A stretch of DNA of 62,758 nucleotides, the filler included, from Nemertoderma westbladi (lineage: Eukaryota; Animalia; Xenacoelomorpha), in NCBI GenBank assembly GCA_032718475.1. It is 3 parts of 3 records of this genome, joined end to end, with 100 filler letters (N's around TTAATTAATTAA, not from the genome) between each part and the next. Parts side by side here need not be neighbours in the genome. Positions count along the whole stretch, not along the records: positions 21,052 to 41,891 come from JAUCBJ010006107.1; 2 more parts are not named here. One strand, 5' to 3'. This document shows, one piece after another, positions 26,401 through 37,473 of the stretch (position 1 is the stretch's first letter; every line of letters starts with the position of its first letter). Below the pieces are notes generated by a model. It saw only the letters and a list, made by a program, of their open reading frames with translations. It ran no database searches and was not told the DNA's origin. A program made the translations under genes and the position numbers.

Positions 26401-27128
26401 TGCCTACTAAGTATATGACGACACCACGAGCCGAGCTACAAGCCGCGACCCTGTCAACCACCATCGTGAACCTCATACAGACAGAACTACAGTCGAGTTT
26501 ACAGATATTTTATTGGACTGACGCGACGTTGGTTTTATTTTACATAAACAACGACACACTCGAATTCAAGACATTCATAGCTAACCGTCGCGCAGAGATT
26601 CTAGACCGTTCGATAAAAGAGGATTGGCGACATTGTCCCGGACCACAAAACCCAGCTGATATTGCGTCGCGAGGAATGATGCCTGAGGAATTCTGTAAAC
26701 CAGAGAACAAAGAGTTTTGGCAACACGGACCCCAGTTTTTGCAGAAATCGACACAAGATTGGCCTCCGTTATACGACAACAAGTCCAACACCATTCCCAA
26801 GGACGCCGAAATCAAGAAACCAAAAAAGGGGAAGACAAAGAAAAAGACGACGGCGGCGAAACTCAAGAAAAAACCGAAGGCGAAATGGAAAGATATAACT
26901 TCAAAGGTCAAGAGAGGAAGACTTGCGAGCCTTTCTACACCAGACATATCGCCAGACGGTCAACCAGACATATCGCCAGACGGTCAACCAGACACGTTAC
27001 TAGACAGCCAACCAGACATTTTGCCAGACATATGGTATGTTCAGATGTTGGATGCTCTCATCCTCGTCCCAATCATAAAGGTCTGCTTGAGTAGTAGCGA
27101 AGTTCTTTATAGCCACCATTTTCACTGA
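23427..27128 (+). CDS. BEL/Pao pol: zinc knuckles, aspartic protease, RT, RNase H (peptidase A17-like); last ~60 aa are junction-derived
   Basis: CxxC...H...C triple knuckle, ILDSAS, YLPHH, KVRVVNDC, FYVDD, FSDAS, PRAELQAA, WTDA, NPADIASRG. Confidence 0.92.
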   Translation: MYLLISREAVVETRSNYTDQHIVAEGITLPSSNRQKPQTTSTKTATYATPTESRQFSDGNRVSAPIGTKQTRQQLSTDFNGCQYCEHLGKRYIGHKLRGCRQFRELNSEERRLQIRPLDSCWRCTQHGHVRKDCPNTDTCPSCGRNHDGLLHTDSHTPTKRFAREHPEAAARCDSAYRKRESKTTPTFVTHIEDCFSEQSGSSDEESDDDEYSNGDEQPSIALLTTDQLKGFSVIPIKVTGTKGSKRIYAILDSASSHSYVDEKIADVVTDLRQGKHVSYTVSSMHGQRAIPVTRVKLDLDSLLPKSQHSERERSLLPFRDLTFAATKDFSNLLGPVPEQSLEDRKYFRHLGVPECPVNYRSVAMLIGTDQFNLHQVWETRPSAVVAGNAYACRTPIGWYTRAPVRTLDVSDEEDDVQSTCSLLTTNSIHSFSHDVNHTTLQSTKHDRRVTSMISHKEQLTHKVSLEIGGKTNGDHGRLEIPSTTDDRLASLPTPITSTVPIDIDDDALKIHQLEQAALDKELTEKTIRWLEQDTAEPGSYDPCMSEQEKQSLKIMEDTIRQTEDGHYEVGMLWRSQSPKLINNYPLALRRLQSIRQRLLKDEKAHLQYNTQMETYLTKGYAIRMTNPEQVTDQTYYLPHHYVRHPDKPDKVRVVNDCAALFEGMSLNSELMDGPNMNNYLMGVIMRFRQRQVAFTCDVEAMFHQVKALERDRDSLRFLWYPEGDLSLPPATYQMQVRVFGARDSPNCTMYALKQAARDQKHLYDPEIIRIVERDFYVDDGLQSCDTVERATTVAHQLRDCLAGGGFNLTKFASNSAELVDSFGTTERGGGDIDLEFEPLPTTKVLGIFWDPNTDNFRVKVRLDSQGNTLTKRSCLSKLSRLFDPLGFISPVILQARIYMRSIWKDGLTWDEPISSDQVDLWKTWEAELSSLEDYFIPRVYFPLQSTFPDNLELHCFSDASDNGFGVAAYLRRQVESDEFDVSLITSKAKTMPTKYMTTPRAELQAATLSTTIVNLIQTELQSSLQIFYWTDATLVLFYINNDTLEFKTFIANRRAEILDRSIKEDWRHCPGPQNPADIASRGMMPEEFCKPENKEFWQHGPQFLQKSTQDWPPLYDNKSNTIPKDAEIKKPKKGKTKKKTTAAKLKKKPKAKWKDITSKVKRGRLASLSTPDISPDGQPDISPDGQPDTLLDSQPDILPDIWYVQMLDALILVPIIKVCLSSSEVLYSHHFH

Positions 27129-30100
27129 CCTTATGCTGTGTTCTCCTAGTTCGTCTTGTGGGGTGGACAACGCGCCTACATAATAATCAGCTGTTATTGT
27201 AGATTTCCAAACTTGCATTATGCCAGACATGTTGAGCTTAGTTTGGAACTTGGGTTGTCCAGCAAATATATCTTCGGCTAACTCTTTATCGATGAATGTT
27301 CCTGTGCTGCCTGAGTCCAGGAGGGCGTTCACTACATAACTCCTCTTAGGTCCGTGAACCCTTACTTGCACCACAGGAAACTCTCGGATCCCTACATTGG
27401 AGGATGTCTCTTTCCAAGGTGGTTGTCGTTCAGAAGTAGTTAGAGTAAAGTCGTTCTCTGTATCTTTCTCATACGTTAGTGCTCGATACACTGCGGTATT
27501 TATCATGTAACAGGATTCGTTTTCGTCAGAGAACTCGTCTGTATAGAATCCTTCCATCTCAGATTGATCAGTGTCGTTCACATCACTGAATTGGACATGT
27601 AACTCGGAATCACTTATCTGATTCGGACTATTTCGATCGAATTCAGCGTGCAACAAGGTATGATGTTTCGCACCACACTTTGCACACCTTATGTCAGAGA
27701 AACAGGTTCGTCGTTGGTGTCCATGTCTGAGGCAATTATAACATAACCGCTTATCCCATATGACTTCGCGTCTCTCCATTAATGATTTCTTTAGAAATTC
27801 ATCACACCTATTCAAAAAGTGGGTCCCGTCACACAGTGCACATTTTGGTTTGATGTTACTTACCTTGTTTTGAGTCACATTGTGTACACTTGCCTTTTCT
27901 TCGGGCTTTCTCACCTGAATTCTCTTGGGAGACGTGGGAGGAGTTTTTCTTGCTTGTTCTCTCCTGTCATTTGTTCGAGACTTGAATTTACTTACCTGGT
28001 CTTTAGGCACTTTATTCACGTAATAAGATCTATCCGTGTCCTTCCCGCTATCTTCTCCTTGTGAAGTCTGGCTTTCGCCGTCATCGGTATAACATACTGG
28101 TGTTATTTTTCTCCTAGAGACGGGTTTTTCACTTACCTTGTTTTCCGGTGTTTTCTCCCTAGACAGTTTCAGGAGCTGTAATTTCACTTCTCCATCTAGG
28201 AATGACATGAGATCAGCCATGGTAGGGTCTCGCCGTTGTTGTTCCATCATATATAACACTTTCTTATCCCAGCATGTACCTACTCCACCCTTAGGTAAAG
28301 TAGAAGCCACTGCTCTAATAACCATAGTGTTTTGATACTCGTGAGACTTACCTAGCCAATCTAATTGTCGGCAGATCTCCTGGATCTCATCGGAAAACTC
28401 GATAATTCCGCTACTAATAAACTTTCGGGGCGCTACTAACTTGGCATACAAGTACCCAGCGATATTATTCCTATTTCCATACCTGATGTTTAGTGTATCC
28501 CAAACTTGTCTTAATCCGTCTGGATGTCCAATAAACTTTAACGCCATTAACTTGGGAGATCCTTCCAAGCACTCGATGAGGTATCTAAGTTTTTCTCCAT
28601 TAGATAGTACAGAGTTTTGTATGTTATCTTTGTAATATTCATTAAAAGGTAACCATTTCATCTCATCTCCATTGAACTTGACGATCTCTCCAACCTTTAC
28701 CGCTTGCCGGGCTTCGGTTCTAGCCATTTGACGCGTAAAACTTTCTTGGGCCATTGTGCTATTTAATATCGAGTTATCGGTATATAAATTCCTCGGATTA
28801 TGATCAGTTCCATAGGGAATATCATTACAAACAGGTCTATAATTACCCTTAATAGGGTTCACTATAGGAGTTTCTACTTCGCTAGCAGTATAGATGCGTG
28901 TAGGCTCCACACCTTGCGCATGAGATACTTCAGACCTAACGGGTTGACACATTGTTACAGAGGGTGGTGGTATACCCTTTTGGGTGTTTACTAATTTATC
29001 GCGTTCAAGCGCGATACTTTGCTGCACTTCTTGCAACTCTAGCCTACTTTCCCTCACTGTTCCCTTTAAATGTTGGACAGTCCCTTCCAACTCTCGGACC
29101 TGTTGGGAAGAGCGTATCCGATTCTCCTTCATCTCTCCAAGGAGAATATCCATCCCCTGCCGTCTCTCGTCTACCCAATCAACCGCCGAAACGGGATCCG
29201 CCAACGTCGTAGCGGGCAGACAAGGGACAACGGGCGACAAATTCGGAATATTTCGCTCGGGGTCCAGGACCTGAACTGTCTCTCGGGCAGTTCTACGGGG
29301 CACAGGTAGCTTAGTGCTATGTAGAGGGAATTTATAGGTAGTCTCAGGGAGCACAGGTATGTCTATCACCGAAGGGGTGATTTCAATAACAGGCCTAATT
29401 ATTTCAGGCTCATCTACTATAGTAGGGAGTCTTTCTATTTTAATTATTTGGTCTGTGGGCTCAGTACTACCTAAGTTGGTGTTATTTAGTTGCCTTCTAA
29501 CAGCTGGAGGCAAATCAGGCAATTTCTGCCGGTGGAATGTTCTTTTATGTCTGCTTAGGCGAGATCGATTTCTTCCGCCTTCAGTGTCGGTGGTATCGCC
29601 TTCCTCAGATGATGTATACCCCTGTCTCTTGGGAGTAGATCGACTCATCATCTGCATATTACTAGCTGTTAACTGTTTATTGAAGTTGTCTTGCCTCTCT
29701 TGAAGATTTTCCAACTCTAGTTGGGTTGCCTCTTCAGATGCTCTCCGTTCTGCTTCCGCCACCGCTGCAGCTTTTACCTCTGTTCGTTCTGCTTCCGCCA
29801 CTGTTCGTTCTGCTTCCGCCACTGCTGCCGCTTTTGCCGCTGCCGCTGCCGCTTTTGCCTCTGCCGCTGCCGCTTTTCTTTCTGCCTCTGCCACTGCTGC
29901 TATCTTTCTGTCTTCTATACGCTTTTTCCTTACTTGTTCTTCCCTTTCTCTAGCGATGCGGAGTTGTTCATCGAATTTAGCTTGGTTCGCAGCTAACCTA
30001 TCCACATCAATCGCATCTAACACAAGTTTGGCTCCTTCGCTATTAGGGCTAAGTCCCTCTAGCCTTGTCCTCAACTCTTCATCTCCCACAAAACGCTGAT

Positions 30101-30212
30101 AATCTGACAGATAGATATCAATGGCATCCTTCTTATGCGGTTTCTCTGCTGTCGCTTCACTCTCCGTTGTATCTAGTAGACTGTCTGACAGGTTCTGCTT
30201 TGCGTCAGACAT
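27000..30212 (-). CDS. BEL/Pao gag-protease polyprotein, copy B, truncated after the protease
   Basis: VKFNGD..KW..F, EKLRYLIECLEG, three zinc knuckles, ALLDSGS. Confidence 0.9.
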   Translation of the reverse strand: MSDAKQNLSDSLLDTTESEATAEKPHKKDAIDIYLSDYQRFVGDEELRTRLEGLSPNSEGAKLVLDAIDVDRLAANQAKFDEQLRIAREREEQVRKKRIEDRKIAAVAEAERKAAAAEAKAAAAAAKAAAVAEAERTVAEAERTEVKAAAVAEAERRASEEATQLELENLQERQDNFNKQLTASNMQMMSRSTPKRQGYTSSEEGDTTDTEGGRNRSRLSRHKRTFHRQKLPDLPPAVRRQLNNTNLGSTEPTDQIIKIERLPTIVDEPEIIRPVIEITPSVIDIPVLPETTYKFPLHSTKLPVPRRTARETVQVLDPERNIPNLSPVVPCLPATTLADPVSAVDWVDERRQGMDILLGEMKENRIRSSQQVRELEGTVQHLKGTVRESRLELQEVQQSIALERDKLVNTQKGIPPPSVTMCQPVRSEVSHAQGVEPTRIYTASEVETPIVNPIKGNYRPVCNDIPYGTDHNPRNLYTDNSILNSTMAQESFTRQMARTEARQAVKVGEIVKFNGDEMKWLPFNEYYKDNIQNSVLSNGEKLRYLIECLEGSPKLMALKFIGHPDGLRQVWDTLNIRYGNRNNIAGYLYAKLVAPRKFISSGIIEFSDEIQEICRQLDWLGKSHEYQNTMVIRAVASTLPKGGVGTCWDKKVLYMMEQQRRDPTMADLMSFLDGEVKLQLLKLSREKTPENKVSEKPVSRRKITPVCYTDDGESQTSQGEDSGKDTDRSYYVNKVPKDQVSKFKSRTNDRREQARKTPPTSPKRIQVRKPEEKASVHNVTQNKVSNIKPKCALCDGTHFLNRCDEFLKKSLMERREVIWDKRLCYNCLRHGHQRRTCFSDIRCAKCGAKHHTLLHAEFDRNSPNQISDSELHVQFSDVNDTDQSEMEGFYTDEFSDENESCYMINTAVYRALTYEKDTENDFTLTTSERQPPWKETSSNVGIREFPVVQVRVHGPKRSYVVNALLDSGSTGTFIDKELAEDIFAGQPKFQTKLNMSGIMQVWKSTITADYYVGALSTPQDELGEHSIRSVKMVAIKNFATTQADLYDWDEDESIQHLNIPYVWQNVWLAV

Positions 30213-33200
30213 GTTTGTGTGTACAGTTGAATGTCTACTGCTGTATTACAGTCTGAGCAAGTTTAGTAACTCAGTATTAACTGATAGCCTAGTAATTAAT
30301 TACCGTTACTGCTACTCAGTGTAGCGTGATATATATATAATATATTAGAATACCGGTATACTTATAGTATATATAACTATATAAGTATTATTACAGACTA
30401 GGTTTATCACAGAATACCGGTATAATTTTAGCACAAATATATATAAATATATAATAGGCCTATCGGAATACCGGTATACAGCTTACAGTTTGTAGGATAT
30501 ATAATTCTGAAATAGAATTAATTACAAGTACCGGTATAATTTCAGCCTAGATTTATAGAAATAAAGATAATAGGCCTATCGTAAATACCGGTATATCAAT
30601 TATTTCAAATAATTGAATTTCTGTTACTTTAGGGTTACTTTGTTACTTTACTTACTTTATTACCGTTATTTGAGCAGTAATCCAACTGATATTGAGACCT
30701 AATGGTTTTATGGTATGCCTACTATTTATAAATCGTTGGATTTGATTTATAATATATATATACCCGTTTTAATGGGTTTTGTCTATGTTTGAAATAAATG
30801 TTATTATTTCTGGGGAGTAATCACTACACAAAGCGGTGCGCTTTCAGTGAAGTGTTACGTATAGGACACTAAAACAAATAATTCTAATTTACCTAAGTTA
30901 CTTAATACTACAAATTACGTACAATTCGGGTTGAGATTACAATCTCTAAATAAACACAAAAATTTACAAAAACACAAAATACGAATTTTTAGGGTAATTT
31001 TACAAGAAGTCTACAAACCAGCCTAACAAAGGGTTAGAAATCTGGTTATTACAATGGACAGGGTACTACGGTATTTGAAAATAATAAGTAGTAGTAAATA
31101 CACTGCGTTGTCCAGATAGGAAAATACCACCGCCTGACGACCTATAGCCGTATCGCTATAGGTTCTACGTTATGTATCACGGAGTGTTCCTACCTAGAAG
31201 TTAATAGAGCTAATCGAACGTGCCTATTAACCACTTTACAACACAAATATAATGCCTACACTAATTACTTTCGGAAAGCACTGTACACTAAACCCTAAAT
31301 TAGGTACGAGTACTTGTACAACAGATAATCAGTAGTTAAATATACTTGAACAGCTAAAAGAACCACGGCATCTGCTGGAGTGACCGATGCACAAAATCAC
31401 CAGTCTTTACCTACGCCGAGCAGCCCGTGTAGTACCGGGGTTAATTTAACTATAGCGGTATGTATAACAAACACAATTACTGTAGGAACAAACTTGGGGA
31501 ATGAATGTTGCGAATAATCGCATAAACTCTGAATAATAAATATTACGCTACGCGTACAAACTACTCAAACAAAATACAGACCGAACACTGACAGACTACT
31601 ATCAAGCCTAAACAAACCACAGGACATGCAGACTCCGAAATGATTAGGGAGTATGCGCTCTAACCCAGTAGTGCGACTTATTCTTTAGTCGGGGGTTTAC
31701 CTTACAGCGTTCGCTGCCCCTACTGCCTAATCGTACTTAATCGGACAGATGATCTACACACGCGGCAATCCGTTCAGACTTAATAACAGCCAGACAACTA
31801 TCCAGCCTACAAATTATTTAAATAAAATTATACGCTACCCGTACAGACTTACACAAACAAAGTACAGACTAAACGATGGCAGACTACTCTCAAGCCTAAA
31901 TAAACCACAGGACATGCAGACTCCGAAATGATTAGGGAGTATGCGCTCTAACCCAGTAGTGCGACTTATTCTTTAGTTGGGGGTTTACCTTACCGCATTG
32001 GCTGCCCCTACTTCCTAACCGTACTTAATCGGACAAGTGCTCTACACACACTGTAATCCGTTCAGACTTAATAACAGCCAGACAACAGCTCAGCCTACAA
32101 ATTGTCTGTACAATCTGATGAGGTTTACACGCCTTCTGTTCAATACTGGCCTACAAACAAATAAAACTTGACAGAAATAAGTAAAAAATCTCAATAAAAA
32201 ACCAGGGCTGCAGTCCCTGATTAATTATTAAGGCCTACTGGTATATAATAATCAAAATCGAATAATACTGCTGTACCTGTACTGCTGTAGGTACCGGTCC
32301 GGGTGGTTAGGTAGTCAGGCCTACTGGTACCGGTTCTGGCAGTTGGGCCTACTGACCTACAGATGTACCGGTTGACCGGTACTTTCAACTTTATTGCTTA
32401 CTGCAATAAAGAAGCTATATCCTTTAATGTTCGCGCTTTCAGACCTTTGGCAGTTTAACCCGCCAAATTAAGATGTCTTCTAGATATTAAATCGCTTTTT
32501 AGCCTATGACAAGTATTTGATTCACTACACTAGTCGAAACCAATCCGTGCGCGACCATTCACCCGCTGGATATTCCCGGGAGATTGGGTTCGACGGTTTA
32601 ATTTTGTTGCTATGTAAGCCTAATGTATTATTCGACTGACAGTATTATATAATCTCTGACAATATTATTTACCTTCGGGAATATTAACAGTTCCTTTAGG
32701 ACGTGGCGCTTTATCTACATAAACAGAGTTATGACTTAAACTACTCACAACGATATGGCTTAATTATAATCCACATATATGGCGCATTCTTTAGGAATTG
32801 CTAAATAAAATAAAATAAAATACAGGACATGCAGACTCCGAAATGATTAGGGAGTATGCGCTCTAACCCAGTAGTGCGACTTATTCTTTAGTTGGGGGTT
32901 TACCTTACCGCATTGGCTGCCCCTACTTCCTAACCGTACTTAATCGGACAAGTGCTCTACACACACTGTAATCCGTTCAGACTTAATAACAGCCAGACAA
33001 CAGCTCAGCCTACAAATTGTCTGTACAATCTGATGAGGTTTACACGCCTTCTGTTCAATACTGGCCTACAAACAAATAAAACTTGACAGAAATAAGTAAA
33101 AAATCTCAATAAAAAACCAGGGCTGCAGTCCCTGATTAATTATTAAGGCCTACTGGTATATAATAATCAAAATCGAATAATACTGCTGTACCTGTACTGC

Positions 33201-33722
33201 TGTAGGTACCGGTCCGGGTGGTTAGGTAGTCAGGCCTACTGGTACCGGTTCTGGCAGTTGGGCCTACTGACCTACAGATGTACCGGTTGACCGGTACTTT
33301 CAACTTTATTGCTTACTGCAATAAAGAAGCTATATCCTTTAATGTTCGCGCTTTCAGACCTTTGGCAGTTTAACCCGCCAAATTAAGATGTCTTCTAGAT
33401 ATTAAATCGCTTTTTAGCCTATGACAAGTATTTGATTCACTACACTAGTCGAAACCAATCCGTGCGCGACCATTCACCCGCTGGATATTCCCGGGAGATT
33501 GGGTTCGACGGTTTAATTTTGTTGCTATGTAAGCCTAATGTATTATTCGACTGACAGTATTATATAATCTCTGACAATATTATTTACCTTCGGGAATATT
33601 AACAGTTCCTTTAGGACGTGGCGCTTTATCTACATAAACAGAGTTATGACTTAAACTACTCACAACGATATGGCTTAATTATAATTCACATATATGGCGC
33701 ATTCTTTAGGAATGCTTCTTTA
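30213..33722 (-). mobile_element. Long 5' untranslated region of BEL copy B with internal tandem duplications
   Basis: Homologous to copy A UTR; ~285-bp duplication (31545-31830 vs 31830-32105) and near-exact ~890-bp duplication (31905-32798 vs 32821-33712). Confidence 0.8.
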
Positions 33723-34546
33723 ACAGACTCACTCATACACAATGCTGCACAATACTGCACACTAATCTGCCGATCTTCACTGATTTTAGTCACATATAAA
33801 AGGAACACAGACTGACTCATGTAGGGTCTATCAAATAACATTAGATTCACTTCAAACCACTTTAACATAAGTCACAATCGTTTATCTGTAACCTTTCTCT
33901 CTTACCTTCGGTATATCAAGAATATTGGGTTTCGGGGTTATTTCTCGTTATTCCAAATATAATAATTCATCAACCATATTATGAAGAACTGACAGTAAAT
34001 AGCAGTATAACAATATAAAAGTATGCACAGTATTACACAGTATGCAGTGTATGCAGTACTGCAGTATGCAGTGATTACGAAATTGCAGAGTGTTTGTTTC
34101 GTCAGTTAAAGGATATATGTCCTTGTAATTAAACCTACTAGTGTTGAGCTAAAAAGCATAAAACATAAAACACTAAAAGCCGTTCTTTCGTGGCTTTGAA
34201 AAACTCGTGACTACTGCTCTATACGAGTATACCAACCACTCTTATTCCACGAAGCTCCCGTTCAACACAGAGAAAGAGCAGTGAGATAGGAAATTTTCAG
34301 TTCAGTACTCTGTGATTGGTCAAAATCAAGGCTAACTCAAAATTCTATTGGGAGATACAAAAACAAGGCTATGACGCAACCTCCCTAGGCTTGTTGGCCG
34401 ATTAAACAGAGCCCAGATGCCTGCGTACAGCAAATCAGCCAATAAGCTGGTAACTTGCACTATTTTTAGCTGTAGATCACTTTGAGAGTATTCTTAGCGA
34501 CTGGGGGGGAACTGGCCAACAAGGCAAACGAATCAGTTATCCCACA
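33723..34546 (-). repeat. Candidate 5' LTR of BEL copy B
   Basis: Minus strand starts TGTGGGATAAC at 34546; several CCAAT-like boxes 34314-34445; no second LTR to confirm. Confidence 0.4.
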
Positions 34547-34550
34547 AAAG

Positions 34551-34800
34551 CTTTTACAGTGAGTGAACCTTAGCGTAGTGGTACCATTAATCAACCTGTC
34601 GTTCTGTCGTTCTGTCGCGTTCAATTTTAAACGTTAATAACTCGGCCAATCTTTGATGAAATCTATCCAAACTTGGTACACATGTTGTTTGGCAAAAGTT
34701 TAGAAATTTTCCAAGTAGAATTTCCGTGTGGCCTTCGAGAAGCTAAGATAATAGCAGTTAATTAGTTAATTAAGTTGATTACGGTGAAAACACCATTTTC
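34551..34800 (+). mobile_element. Helentron/DINE-1-like non-autonomous element head
   Basis: T-rich start, CTGTCGTT microsatellite, then ATAACTCGG...AAACTTGGTACAC. Confidence 0.4.
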
Positions 34801-34940
34801 AACATGCCTTTTAAAGGAAATTAATTGTTTTACAGTATAAGATTTAAATAATTATACTTAAAAATTATACAGTTATAATCCCCATACGCCATTCTATTAT
34901 AGTTTTTAATTAGTTCAAGTGATTGGCTTTAAATGTGTCT

Positions 34941-37473
34941 TTAATTGATCTAAACGTAATTAAACCGCACAATTATTGAGTACAAATTTAATCCTTCCCA
35001 TTATTGGTCAAGTCTCTGCTGGTGTGGAGCTAGCTGCTGGGAGTTGTGGCTGTAGACTAAACAGAGAGGAATTGTAATAGGCAACCAGTATTGCTATTCC
35101 AGCCCAATCACTGAATTGTGTTTATTATAGGCTGGACGGGCCGCATAACCGTTCGACTACTACTACTATTGCTATCTCAGGTAAATGACAGATATAATAA
35201 CATAAATACAATCCATGGCATGGCTGTTGTAGGCTTCTGAAATAGTTTATTCCACAATGTATATGTCTGGTTATTTTTTAATTGAATTTTTGCAAAGTAG
35301 TAAAATTAATGTTCTTAAAAATAATATTATTATTTTATATTATGTAACCTAGGAAATTAGCTACATTTTTTCGCTGCAGCTTTAACCCTATTAGTACCGG
35401 GCTATAAAATGCTGTACAAATACCGGGGGGGGGTCATATTGACCCCTCCCTCTAAAATCTACAAATATTAACGAAAACGTCTGATTTTTTGTTTGTATGT
35501 AGGTATCACTAGTCTGGATCCGACCGAAAAAAAAAATTTTCAAAAAAATGTACTGGAGTGGTAATATTGCAGCACCAAAATTACAAGTAGTGCACAATTT
35601 TCACAAAATTTGAAAGTTACATTTTTCGGCTAATTGTTTTTCAATACAAGTTTTCTGGGGCGCAAAATACATTGGAAAATATTTAAAAATGATATGATTA
35701 CCATAAATGGCTGTTTAGTCCTCTATGCGTAGGAAAAAAATGAAAAAAACAAGTAACCAGCACTTTTCAGTTAGAACACAAAATTTTTAATTCACTTATA
35801 CGATGCTATAAATTCTCATTTTTAGGTTTTCTAGGGCGCTGATTCTAATGGAATACATTTCAAATATGCCAGATCATTGCTACTTGTATTTTTCGGCGTA
35901 ATTTGGCAAATTTTGGTGCTAGCACCAAATTTCGTACCCAACACCAAAAAGTACAAGTTTGCGATGTCCAGTGCTGTTTTTATTGTTTCCATCGGATTCA
36001 GGACCCTCATAAACCCGTATAACGTAAGAAACAAGATGATACTATCTACTGATCAATTTACTAATTTTCCAAAATTTGGTGCAAAACAACAATTTTCACC
36101 CACCGGCGAAAAATACAAGTTTGAAAACTCTTATGAAATTTTTACTGATTCCATTGAATTCAGAACCCTAACAAACCCGTATAACGCAAGAAACAAGATG
36201 ACACAATCAATTGATATATTTGATGGTTTTCAAAATTTGGTGCTAGCACCACATTTTGCACCCACTTCCGAAAAATACAAGTTTGAGATGTCTAGTTCGA
36301 TAATTATATATTCCATTGAATTCAGAACAGCCATAAACCTCTAAAATGCAAGAAATAAATTGTCACAAGCAATTTTATCTATTGAATGGATTTTCAAAAT
36401 TTCGTGCTAGCACCAAAATTTGCGCACAGCACCGAAAAATACAAGTTTGATGCGCTTGGTGCAACTCGTATATATTTCATCCAAACCTGAACCCCAAAAA
36501 ACCCCAATTGCGTAAAAAACAAGTTTCAAACAATCAATTTACAAAATTGACATATTTCAAAATTTGGTGCTGGCACCAAAATTTGGCACCCGCCGAAAAA
36601 AACAAGTTTGAAATTTCTAAATCAATTTATATGAATTCCATCCAATTGCTAACACCAAAAAACCGGTGTAAATCAAAAATAGAGATGTTACAATTAATAT
36701 TTAATGAAATGTAATTTTCAAAAAACGTCTCAAAAAAAGTGCCAAAAGTAGGGTTAAAAAATGGTGCTATAACTCGAAAACTACCCAATATTTTTGAAAA
36801 CGGTTTTCACTACTAGGAAGACAATAGATTTTTAGGAAAAGTCATAAAATTTCAGAATCCCAACTGCTTTTGTTTCAGAATTATATTAAAAAAACCACGG
36901 GAGGGGTCATATTGACCCCCCCCCCGGGTTTAATAGGGTTAAGAGTGTACATTGATTTAATATTATTTCAATACCCATATTACTTTAATTGATCTAAACG
37001 TAATTAAACCGCACAATTATTGAGTACAAATTTAATCCTTCCCATTATTGGTCAAGTCTCTGCTGGTGTGGAGCTAGCTGCTGGGAGTTGTGGCTGTAGA
37101 CTAAACAGAGAGGAATTGTAATAGGCAACCAGTATTGCTATTCCAGCCCAATCACTGAATTGTGTTTATTATAGGCTGGACGGGCCGGTCCGCATAACCG
37201 TTCGACTACTACTACTATTGCTATCTCAGGTAAATGACAGATATAATAACATAAATACAATCCATGGCATGGCTGTTGTAGGCTTCTGAAATAGTTTATT
37301 CCACAATGTATATGTCTGGTTATTTTTTAATTGAATTTTTGCAAAGTAGTAAAATTAATGTTCTTAAAAATAATATTATTATTTTATATGTAACCTAGGA
37401 AATTAGCTACATTTTTTCGCTGCAGCTTTAAGAGTGTACATTGATTTAATATTATTTCAATACCCATATTACT
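34941..37473. repeat. ~490-bp tandem duplication; first copy carries the piggyBac-like insertion
   Basis: 34941-35385 plus 36943-36983 is repeated at 36985-37473 with the empty site GCAGCTTTAAGAGTG. Confidence 0.9.
35386..36938. mobile_element. Non-autonomous piggyBac-type element with internal ~170-180-bp tandem array
   Basis: TTAA TSD, CCCTATTA/TAATAGGG termini, GGGGTCATATTGACCCC hairpins near both ends, about five diverged TGGTGCTAGCACCA units at 35900-36700. Confidence 0.92.

Larger units (their letters stand above)
21052..26935 (+). mobile_element. BEL/Pao retrotransposon internal region (gag to RNase H), lacking integrase and LTRs
   Basis: Gag 21055-22104 continues at 23325 (NTPTV|LLKIIGRL) and into ORF 23427-27128 through one in-frame TAG at 23397-23399. 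Confidence 0.9.

Noticed and set aside
32115-32145. CTGATGAG as a hammerhead core in the BEL leader
   Set aside because: No GAAA after the stem, and copy A lacks the motif
35877-36344. 155-aa ORF
   Set aside because: Translation of the tandem array inside the piggyBac MITE
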